Positions 11,301 through 18,707 of a stretch of DNA of 64,000 nt are shown here, in pieces. The stretch covers positions 20,635-84,634 of the forward strand of contig JAJTXY010000017.1 in NCBI GenBank assembly GCA_021463865.1. Reading direction: 5' to 3'. A program made the position numbers and the translations under genes. The notes beneath the pieces were generated by a model. The model had not been told where the DNA came from. It did no database searches and worked only from the letters and a program-made list of their open reading frames with translations. The stretch comes from Anaerolineae bacterium (lineage in GTDB: Bacteria; Chloroflexota; Anaerolineae; Aggregatilineales; J027). Each line of letters opens with the position of its first letter. Within the stretch, counting starts at the first letter, position 1.

Positions 11301-14300
11301 TCTCCAATTCGAACGGTGTGATTGACCGTATTGAGATGCCGCATGTCGGCGACCCAATAGCCGACCCCGACCCCGAAACCATGCGCGTGCTGCTGGTGGA
11401 TGATTTGACAGGCCTACAAACGGGTGGGCAGGTCACAGGCGATTTCAACATGGTGCAAGACGGCCTCCGCACCTTTGGCGTCCCCGCCACCATCGAATTT
11501 GCCGAACCCTTCCCGGTAATTAAAGGCAATGTCTATAAACTGGTGGTCATGCCGGATGATTTCTTAGGCATATTCGGTCAGGTCGTCGTAACTGAACTCC
11601 CGTGGGACGACCCCGTGCCCACCAAAGTCTGCCCCCTGCCGTCTGACATAGAGTTCTCAAAAAACAACGCTTCCGGGTTGTGTGACATTACCGACGCGGG
11701 TATTGACCCCTATGGCTCCCATTATCTCGGTGTCGAAACCCATATCGGCGAATGGGACGATGTTGAACAAAAACGGGACTTGCTGCTGCACTACCTCAAC
11801 ATCGGGGATTATTTCACCATTTCCAGCAACCGTTTCTATGACACCCTATCCCGCATCCCGTCCCGCTGGCCCATGACCAACCGCTACTATGAGGCATTGT
11901 TCTCCGGCGAACTGGGCTTGGAACTGGTTGAGTCGTTTACGTCCTATGCCAAAGTTGGCCCGTTTGAATGGCCCGACGAGGTATTGCCCACTGAAAACAC
12001 TTGGCCCCCCAATTGGCGCAATGAATTTGAGGCCGAAGAAGCCTTCCATGTCTATGACCATCCCGCCGTTTTCATTTTCCGCAAGACGCCGGAGTATTCA
12101 CCGGAAAAAGCCGCTGAAATCTTGGATGTCGAACTGCGCCGCGCCGACCAAGCCTATGGTGCATTACTGACTGATGCCGAACCGATCAATATCATCAAAT
12201 GGGACGCCTTCGACGCCACCCAAAGCCCAACTGCCCTGCAAATTCCGCAGTTCCAACAGGAGACCCAGCGCGAGGGCGGCACATGGTCGGAGATGTTTAA
12301 CCATAACTCCATTCTGAACAAATATCAGGTGGTCGGGTTAATCGTCTGGTGGCTGTTGATGGTCGCCGTTGGGTGGATGATTCTGCCTATGCTGGCTCTG
12401 CTGTTCCCCGGCCTGCCAGATCGTGGCTTTGGTGCGGGCAAACTGCTCGGTTGGATTTTGGTGGCGTGGGCCTCATGGTTTACCAGTTCGCTTGGCATCA
12501 GAATGTGGAATCAAAGCGGCCTGCTCGCCCTGTTGCTCATTTTGGCACTCATCAACGCAGGAATTGCCTTTTGGAAACGGCGTGACCTGCTGGAATTCAT
12601 TCGGGAACGCCGCCGCCACCTGCTGATTATTGAAGGCATCTCGCTGGCACTTTTCCTACTGCTGATTGGGGTACGCCTCGGCAACCCTGACCTATGGCAT
12701 CAAAATCTCGGTGGCGAAAAGCCGATGGACTTTGCCTACCTTAATGGCATCCTCCGCAGTACCACCTTCCCCCCGATTGACCCTTGGTTCACGGGTGGCT
12801 ACATCAACTACTACTATTGGGGCTGGGTGCTGGTCGGTGCGCCAATTAAAGCGCTCGGCATCGTCCCCACCATCGGCTATAACTTCGCCGTCCCCACCAT
12901 CTTTGCCATGACGGGTATCGGCGCGTTCAGTGTCGCCTACAATCTTGTGCAGTGGAACAACGAACGCCATCGTCAAGAACCCAAATCACGCGAACCGCAT
13001 GGCCCGTTAGGCAATGCCTACATCGCCGGGGTCGCCGCCTTGACGCTGACGGTGCTGGTGGGCAATCTTGATACGGTGCGTGTGTTTGGCAACGCTGTGG
13101 CCCAGCAAGGCGGTTGGAAAGGCCCGCAAATCCTCAGTACCGTGCGTTATAACAAGGCCGTCAGCGAATTTGAGGAGGAAAATGGCCGTCTCCCCGACCC
13201 CGAAGAAGACAAAGACCTGCGGGAAGCCGCCGAAAATTACAATTTGCTAGATGAGATTAAATTTGAATTTGACAAAGCCTCCGCGTGGCTAGATGGCTTC
13301 CAAGAGGGCCTACCCGATATACTTGATGGCAAGCCGCTCCCAATGGCATCCAACCGCTGGTATTGGGGGCCAACCCGTGTGATAGGTGATCTTCCTGAAC
13401 AGCGCGGCCACAACGCCATCAACGAAATGCCCTATTTCACCTTCCTTTACGCCGACCTGCACGCCCATATGGTCGCCATGCCCATGACATTGTTGGTGTT
13501 GCTGCTGGTCTTAGGTGAGATTTTCGGCGCAGGGCGTGGGTTACGCGGGCCGATCACCTCAGTTTTTGCCATGTTGTTGCTTGGCCTTGTCGTCGGCCTA
13601 CTAAAGCCCACCAACACATGGGACTGGCCCACTTATATGGGGATTACCGTCGCGGGTCTGACCTTTGCGACATGGTTAGGGCAGGGTCGTCTGCGTGGTG
13701 AAGGTGAACCTGTCGCATTCTATTATCGCCTGCGTCGCCTGCTCGATTTACGCAATATTTTATCGCTGTGGCCTCTGCTCTTGGTCATCCCAATGGGCAT
13801 GATGCTCCGCAGCGGCTTATATCTCTATCAAAATCGCAGTTACGAAAATAAACTGCACCAAAACCTCATCCCGACCTATTGTCAGAACCTGCCCGAAGAT
13901 ATTCTCCAATCCCAAATCCCGCCAGCCTGTGACGGCCTCTTGAAGCCAGAGATTACCATCAACAGTATTGCCATGTGGGGAGTTGGGGCGGTAGGTCTTG
14001 TCATCGTGCTCTATATCGCCGCGATGGTCTTGATGGGCAACCGCTTTGATCGGCGGGGCATCCTCGGTTGGATCGGGTCATTGGTGGCTTTTGGCTCATT
14101 CAGCCTGATTGCCATCTACCCCTATGAACGTTTCTTCGCCACCGCCTATGGCAAAATCCTGCCGTGGGAAAGTGATAAAACGCCGCTGTGGGCCTATGTG
14201 GATATTCACGGCGTATTCCTATTTATCATCTTTTCCTTGCTGCTGTGGCAGACCATCCGCTGGCTCAAATCTTATAAAGTCGGCGAACTGCGCCAGTATG

Positions 14301-15430
14301 GGTTGGCAGCACTCGGAGGTTTGTTATTCCTGCCTACCGTTCTATTGGTAACATTGGTCATGGGGGTCTTTGGGGAATATCGTGTCTTGATTGCCGCCCT
14401 GCCCCTCTTTGCGTGGTGCATTTTCCTATTCCTGCTCCCCGGCCAAAGTGCCGTCGAACGTGCCATCTACACCATTGCCGCCCTCGCCCTTGCCTTAACG
14501 ATGGCCGTCGAACTCGTGGTACTCGAAGGCGATATTGGCCGTCAAAACACCGTCTTTAAATTCTATATTCAGGCATGGCTATTATTCAGCATCGCCTGTG
14601 GTGTCGGATTGGCATGGCTCGTCCGGGCCGCCGAACAATGGAGCATTCCGACACGCGGGGTTTGGCAAACCGCTACCGCCATTTTGCTCAGTATCGCCCT
14701 GCTCTATCCCATTATGGCAACCCAAGCCCGTTTCCTTGACCGCATGAACGCAAGGGAAACCCCGCTGACCCTTGACGGCATGGCCTATATGGAAGTCGCC
14801 CCACATGGCGAATATGCCGACCCACAAGATCAAACCACCAGCGTTTGGTTTAATCTCAGCGGTGATTACAAATTGATTCGCTGGATGCAGGACAATGTAC
14901 AGGGCACGCCCACCATTATTGAAGCGCAACTCAGCGAATATCGTTGGGGTAGTCGTGTCAGCATCTACACGGGCCTGCCAACGATTTTGGGCTGGAATTT
15001 CCACCAGCGGCAGCAGCGTAATATCAATCTGCTCAATAATATGGTCTGGAATCGCGCCAACAATGTGCAGGCATTTTATACCACTACCGACATTCAAACC
15101 GCGTGGGATTTAATTCGCTTCTATAAAGCCGAGTATATTGTGGTCGGCACGTTGGAGCGTATTCAATACCGCGACTTCCGCAGCGACCCTGATGGCACCT
15201 TCCAGCAGCATCAAGTGCCGGGGATTGCCAAGTTTGACACAATGGTCGAGATGGGCCTGCTCGAAGTCGTTTATGAAAATCCGGTGTGTGTCATGCCCGA
15301 TATTCGAGACGTTGAAAAATGCCCGCCGGAACGCATCAGCACTGACAAAATCTATCGCGTCATATCCGACGTTCGCACTGTTTTGGATTTACCCGCCAAT
15401 CAACAAATTTTTGGCAAGGTCACACCCTAA
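8318..15430 (+). CDS. Giant (2370 aa) tandem Chlor_Arch_YYY / DUF2298-type integral membrane protein
   Basis: One uninterrupted ORF starting 7 nt after the upstream stop. Module 1 has HLHPDERF (Asp codon at 8636) and a degenerate GFYVYG (8876-8890). Module 2 has GEKPMDFAYLNG and the canonical INYYYWG (YYYWG at 12809-12823). A ~550-aa non-hydrophobic insert lies at roughly nt 10650-12320. The C-terminal soluble domain contains GLPTILGWNFHQRQQR. Confidence 0.75.
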   Translation: MTDAENRFPEPIETSTGLEPDLEPDTPSPESLSDEGDGASIATPQFDYREASTSEKAALARRYEWGIAKIPWADVFCALVLVALMAGGYWMRSVGRNWDDYTHLHPDERFLTQVASEIHSDSPLRLSQGDTIAAKAACDKKYPLPPADVLNAMSPADQAEAYAEAGKGGYFDTACSNLNPHNVGYGFYVYGEFPTFNTRIWAEIYNDLTGESWWTSYNAVQLVGRAASSVADTLTILLIFLIGTRLFNRWVGLFAAGFYAFAAFPIQQSHFWTADVFTSFWVVLTIYFAVLVMDNSSAYRQRFAALPWVVGGIAIWVWEIVAQQSDSKWLHNLASTDTEFYVPLLIYGAVLLTMGFVTSLAAEQRRTGLETATFAVSVAGLFILAISGIIGWFGAIATAFVALVLMLLWISGVQTLGGYTGFWTWIAAAYGLWVFDGLAHYDQPTLTPLAVYLVFFVILAFISSIIRQLKPASTQYPAHLVIIIFLLVLLAVWSAAALIDGTISVEGFFACLVLGAIIAGANVAGLQDYAGFGLAFGASLAGRVNVAPLLGLVLLAVIIRGLFTIDRRALHFERQQQIARLMVGLIIAAVLTIMAFRVLQPHAFNGPHIYNLSINSYWQDDLSEVRGQVSGKSDSPPNHQWANRVPYLFPLQNIVLYGLGVLLGVSAVVGVIWAVVNILRRQPNWTRVAIPVAWAVVYFAYFGKNWVTTMRYFLPIYAVLTLMASWALWEAITISYRRLKIKPTTLRRLAFGLSTLTLAIVTGYTAVYGYAFTSIYRHQLTRVAASQYFQEFVPGDFGLWVKRSDGSERMINVGIYPTAQFPQIAHIADGESMTVEIAPETNSELVSVVLHRLGDPNRDPDLELVSLQIWSKDTVQGRVLLGEKTINADLNAAGGDFGTEYSLEFNPPLILAATLDSVTPITYEVVITAEQGGPIMLSANISDPILPINPSHISMYLRDPIADSLNIQELDLPVLDELSNMAYFTAGSRQEYSFISNSNGVIDRIEMPHVGDPIADPDPETMRVLLVDDLTGLQTGGQVTGDFNMVQDGLRTFGVPATIEFAEPFPVIKGNVYKLVVMPDDFLGIFGQVVVTELPWDDPVPTKVCPLPSDIEFSKNNASGLCDITDAGIDPYGSHYLGVETHIGEWDDVEQKRDLLLHYLNIGDYFTISSNRFYDTLSRIPSRWPMTNRYYEALFSGELGLELVESFTSYAKVGPFEWPDEVLPTENTWPPNWRNEFEAEEAFHVYDHPAVFIFRKTPEYSPEKAAEILDVELRRADQAYGALLTDAEPINIIKWDAFDATQSPTALQIPQFQQETQREGGTWSEMFNHNSILNKYQVVGLIVWWLLMVAVGWMILPMLALLFPGLPDRGFGAGKLLGWILVAWASWFTSSLGIRMWNQSGLLALLLILALINAGIAFWKRRDLLEFIRERRRHLLIIEGISLALFLLLIGVRLGNPDLWHQNLGGEKPMDFAYLNGILRSTTFPPIDPWFTGGYINYYYWGWVLVGAPIKALGIVPTIGYNFAVPTIFAMTGIGAFSVAYNLVQWNNERHRQEPKSREPHGPLGNAYIAGVAALTLTVLVGNLDTVRVFGNAVAQQGGWKGPQILSTVRYNKAVSEFEEENGRLPDPEEDKDLREAAENYNLLDEIKFEFDKASAWLDGFQEGLPDILDGKPLPMASNRWYWGPTRVIGDLPEQRGHNAINEMPYFTFLYADLHAHMVAMPMTLLVLLLVLGEIFGAGRGLRGPITSVFAMLLLGLVVGLLKPTNTWDWPTYMGITVAGLTFATWLGQGRLRGEGEPVAFYYRLRRLLDLRNILSLWPLLLVIPMGMMLRSGLYLYQNRSYENKLHQNLIPTYCQNLPEDILQSQIPPACDGLLKPEITINSIAMWGVGAVGLVIVLYIAAMVLMGNRFDRRGILGWIGSLVAFGSFSLIAIYPYERFFATAYGKILPWESDKTPLWAYVDIHGVFLFIIFSLLLWQTIRWLKSYKVGELRQYGLAALGGLLFLPTVLLVTLVMGVFGEYRVLIAALPLFAWCIFLFLLPGQSAVERAIYTIAALALALTMAVELVVLEGDIGRQNTVFKFYIQAWLLFSIACGVGLAWLVRAAEQWSIPTRGVWQTATAILLSIALLYPIMATQARFLDRMNARETPLTLDGMAYMEVAPHGEYADPQDQTTSVWFNLSGDYKLIRWMQDNVQGTPTIIEAQLSEYRWGSRVSIYTGLPTILGWNFHQRQQRNINLLNNMVWNRANNVQAFYTTTDIQTAWDLIRFYKAEYIVVGTLERIQYRDFRSDPDGTFQQHQVPGIAKFDTMVEMGLLEVVYENPVCVMPDIRDVEKCPPERISTDKIYRVISDVRTVLDLPANQQIFGKVTP

Positions 15431-15432
15431 AA

Positions 15433-18400
15433 ATGGCACAAATTCAGCAATCAACTTCATCGCGCCGCAATTCCAGCGCCTTCAATCCACTTTGGCTGTT
15501 ATGGCTCGTCCCGGCAGCAGCAGTGGTCGTGTCTATCGCCAACTATTTTGGCTGGTTCTATTTCGATGGCGTCATTCCCAAATTTGACAGCCTGCGCTGG
15601 GAATTATTCACCAATTGGACTGGACGTGAATTGGGGGATGTACTGGTCTGGTGGCTACTGGTGACATTAGCTGGCGCGGCGGTGTTCCCCTTGATGTTCC
15701 GCCTCATGTCCGGCCTCTCCGATAGGGGTTACACATTGGCGCGGGCCGCTGGTTTGATGCTGATCGGTTATATTTTCTGGTTTCTTGCCAGTATCGGCGT
15801 CCTGCGTAATGAAGTTGGCGGGATAGTTTTTGCATGGATTGTGGTCATTATCTTAAGTTTGGTTGCATGGTTTCGCGGGTCAGATTGGCCTGCGAGGGCG
15901 GAATTCCGCGCATGGCTACGCGAACATCTGCCCCTAATTGTTTTCACCGAAGTATTGTTCCTCGGCGCGATGATTATTTGGGCCTTTGTCCAAGCCCATA
16001 ACCCCGAAATTACCTCCACCGAAAAACCGATGGAGATGGCTTTTATCAACGGCGTCCGCAACTCTGCCACCTTCCCACCCAAAGACCCTTGGATGGCAGG
16101 CTACGCCATCAGCTATTACTATTTTGGTTATGTCATCACCGCCTCGCTTGCCGATTTAAGTGGTGTGACTACGGGAATCGCCTTCAAATTGGTCAATCCG
16201 TTGCTGTTCGCCATGACCCTCACGGGCATTTTGGGCATTACCTATAATCTCGTTCGGGCGGGTGGACGCACATGGCGCGTGGGCAATCGTCATGCCGCCC
16301 TTGCCACAGGCCTATTAGCCGCGTTTTTCATCACCATTATGGGCAATCTAGGCACGCTGTTGGTCGAAATGCCCTATCGCGGATACACCGCCGAAACTCC
16401 GCTTATCAAAGATGTAGTAAACGCGGATTACTTCGATTTTTGGGATGTGCGGGATCGTACCGGGCCATTTATGGTGCAAAATGTCACCGATCCCCAAACA
16501 GGCCTGCCCGCCGTACATCTGCTGGATACCGATACCTATGTCAGCCCTGAAGACCCAATAACGCAGAATTACGTGTTTGCCCCGGATGAAGACCGCGACG
16601 GCATTCCCAATTGGGATGACACCGACGATACCGAATTAGAAGAAGCAGGCAATCACTGGGATTACTGGTGGTGGTTTAAACAAAGCCGCCTTGTTTATGA
16701 CAAAAAATTCAGCGGTGGCTATGAGGAAGCCATTACCGAATTTCCCCAATTCAGTTTTATCTTGGGTGACAATCACCCCCACGTGTTGGCCCTGCCCTTC
16801 ACCCTCCTAATCATTGGCCTAGCCGCCAGCCTTGCTATGCGACCCACCAAACTCGCTAATTGGGAAATCATCGTGTATGGCGTATTTTTCGGCGGCATCA
16901 TCTTTATGAATGCGTGGGATGCCCTCTATCTAGGTCTGCTAGTTGGGGCGGAGGCCTTGCGCCGCTTGATGCACAATGGCGGTTTGAATGGCTTTGGGGA
17001 ATTAGGCCGCGTCATTACCCTTGAGACCCGCCGCAGACAAAATCTCTATCTACTTGGGCCAGTGTTCATCGTCCTGCTGTTGTTTTTCGCCACCTCCGAT
17101 ACCTTAGGTGATGGCTTATCCATTGGTGAAATCCTTATTGGCCTGATACTGGTCGCCCCCGTCACCCTGATCGTCAATTGGGCCTTAGATGACAACGATT
17201 GGGGATCCGTCGTTCGGCTCGGTGGGTCGCTGGCGATTCTATTTGTCATGCTGTACCTGCCGTGGCTGGTCAGCTTCACCAGCCAATCGCAGGGCATGTC
17301 CGTCAATTTGATTTACCCTACCCGCTCCCAACAGTTATTTTTGCAGTTCGGCATTTTCGGTCTGCTGATTTTGCCCTTCATTTTCCAGCAAATGGGACGA
17401 GCGGGGCGGCGTATTCGGTACGGTGCGGTGATCGGGTTAATCTTGCTCGGTTTGATCTTTGCCATCGGTGTCCCGTTGTTCTCTGCCGCTATTGTGGACA
17501 GTCGAACCTGCCCTCTGCAAAAAGGTCAAGAAGGGTTAATCGGAACACTCGCTGAACCCGCACGTTCCAATTGCCAAGCACGTTTTCGGCTGTTTAGTGA
17601 ACTACGCGACGACAATGAAATCCGCCAAGTCAAACTTTTGGGGCAGGACTTAGGCGAACTCTCCAAGACACGCTTGACCCTCTATACCGTCTATCAACGC
17701 CGCCTCGGAGCCTTGATTGGTCAAATAGTGCTGCTGACCATCGCCACCATTATCATGATGCGCCTGTTTGCCCGCAATCTGAACTCCCATGACACCGATA
17801 AACCTACCCCGATTATTGATTACAGCCCCGGAACTGGGGTCGCCCTCTTGCTCATTGCGATGGGCGTGGTCACGACTTTTGTTCCCGATGTCATCTACCT
17901 GATTGACAACTTCGGCAACCGCATGAACACCATCTTTAAGCTCTATTATCAAAGTTGGACGTTATTCAGCATCGGCGCGGCCTATGCCGTCTTTGCCATT
18001 TTAAACGGTGCTCCCAATCGAGCCGATGAGGAAAATCGCATCGCCCCGGTATCCGTTTTTGTGCTGCGCGGGGTCTATGTGGTGGGCCTGCTCTATCTTT
18101 TGTGGGCCGGCGCATTGTATCCTTATTATGCGGTGCGTTCGCGGGCACTATACGAAACCAATCTAGATAATCAGTTAGCGATGATAGAGGCTTGCCAATC
18201 CACAGGTGCAACCGACTGCCCCGGCATCCCCGAAATTTCACTAGATGCTGGCCCGACCATCATACAGGCGATAGGTACAGACGAATGGAAACTCATCAAC
18301 GAATGTTTTATGAAGCTAGAACCCCGCAAAAATGATGCGATTTTGGTCGAAACCCCCGGTGGCGGTTATACAGCCCATCTAGGCCGAGTCAGCATGTTGA

Positions 18401-18696
18401 CAGGGATTCCCACCCTGCTCGGTTGGGACAATCATGAGCGGCAGTGGCGCGGCGATACCTACAACGATGTGGCAGGAAATCGTGAAGGCGATATTTTTAC
18501 CCTCTACACCACTGAGGATTGGAACACCGCGCAGGATATTATAGATAAATACGGCATTGATTATGTCATGGTCGGCAATTCGGAGTTTAATGCCTATGGC
18601 GGTCAAGACTCCGACGGCCTCAGCAAATTTAGCGAACTTTTAGACCCGGTTTGTCATGAAGGCAGTGTGGCCCTCTATCGGGTCAGTGCGGAATAG
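15433..18696 (+). CDS. Chlor_Arch_YYY / DUF2298 family integral membrane protein (single module)
   Basis: 1087 aa with the ATG 2 nt after the upstream stop. TEKPMEMAFINGVRNSATFPPKDPWMAGYAISYYYFGY (YYYFG at 16114-16128). It is colinear with module 2 of the upstream gene: DNHPHV vs DLHAHM, FKLYYQSW vs FKFYIQAW, GIPTLLGWDNHERQWR vs GLPTILGWNFHQRQQR. Confidence 0.8.
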   Translation: MAQIQQSTSSRRNSSAFNPLWLLWLVPAAAVVVSIANYFGWFYFDGVIPKFDSLRWELFTNWTGRELGDVLVWWLLVTLAGAAVFPLMFRLMSGLSDRGYTLARAAGLMLIGYIFWFLASIGVLRNEVGGIVFAWIVVIILSLVAWFRGSDWPARAEFRAWLREHLPLIVFTEVLFLGAMIIWAFVQAHNPEITSTEKPMEMAFINGVRNSATFPPKDPWMAGYAISYYYFGYVITASLADLSGVTTGIAFKLVNPLLFAMTLTGILGITYNLVRAGGRTWRVGNRHAALATGLLAAFFITIMGNLGTLLVEMPYRGYTAETPLIKDVVNADYFDFWDVRDRTGPFMVQNVTDPQTGLPAVHLLDTDTYVSPEDPITQNYVFAPDEDRDGIPNWDDTDDTELEEAGNHWDYWWWFKQSRLVYDKKFSGGYEEAITEFPQFSFILGDNHPHVLALPFTLLIIGLAASLAMRPTKLANWEIIVYGVFFGGIIFMNAWDALYLGLLVGAEALRRLMHNGGLNGFGELGRVITLETRRRQNLYLLGPVFIVLLLFFATSDTLGDGLSIGEILIGLILVAPVTLIVNWALDDNDWGSVVRLGGSLAILFVMLYLPWLVSFTSQSQGMSVNLIYPTRSQQLFLQFGIFGLLILPFIFQQMGRAGRRIRYGAVIGLILLGLIFAIGVPLFSAAIVDSRTCPLQKGQEGLIGTLAEPARSNCQARFRLFSELRDDNEIRQVKLLGQDLGELSKTRLTLYTVYQRRLGALIGQIVLLTIATIIMMRLFARNLNSHDTDKPTPIIDYSPGTGVALLLIAMGVVTTFVPDVIYLIDNFGNRMNTIFKLYYQSWTLFSIGAAYAVFAILNGAPNRADEENRIAPVSVFVLRGVYVVGLLYLLWAGALYPYYAVRSRALYETNLDNQLAMIEACQSTGATDCPGIPEISLDAGPTIIQAIGTDEWKLINECFMKLEPRKNDAILVETPGGGYTAHLGRVSMLTGIPTLLGWDNHERQWRGDTYNDVAGNREGDIFTLYTTEDWNTAQDIIDKYGIDYVMVGNSEFNAYGGQDSDGLSKFSELLDPVCHEGSVALYRVSAE

Positions 18697-18707
18697 GATT
18701 ATTTTGC

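Noticed and set aside
10292-15097. Several 170-210-aa minus-strand ORFs (10292-10921, 14582-15097) and many 60-100-aa ORFs inside the 2370-aa gene. Similar ORFs occur at 25733-26263 in the 1754-aa gene.
   Set aside because: All are antisense or off-frame relative to a long uninterrupted ORF with paralogue support, and none has a recognisable motif.
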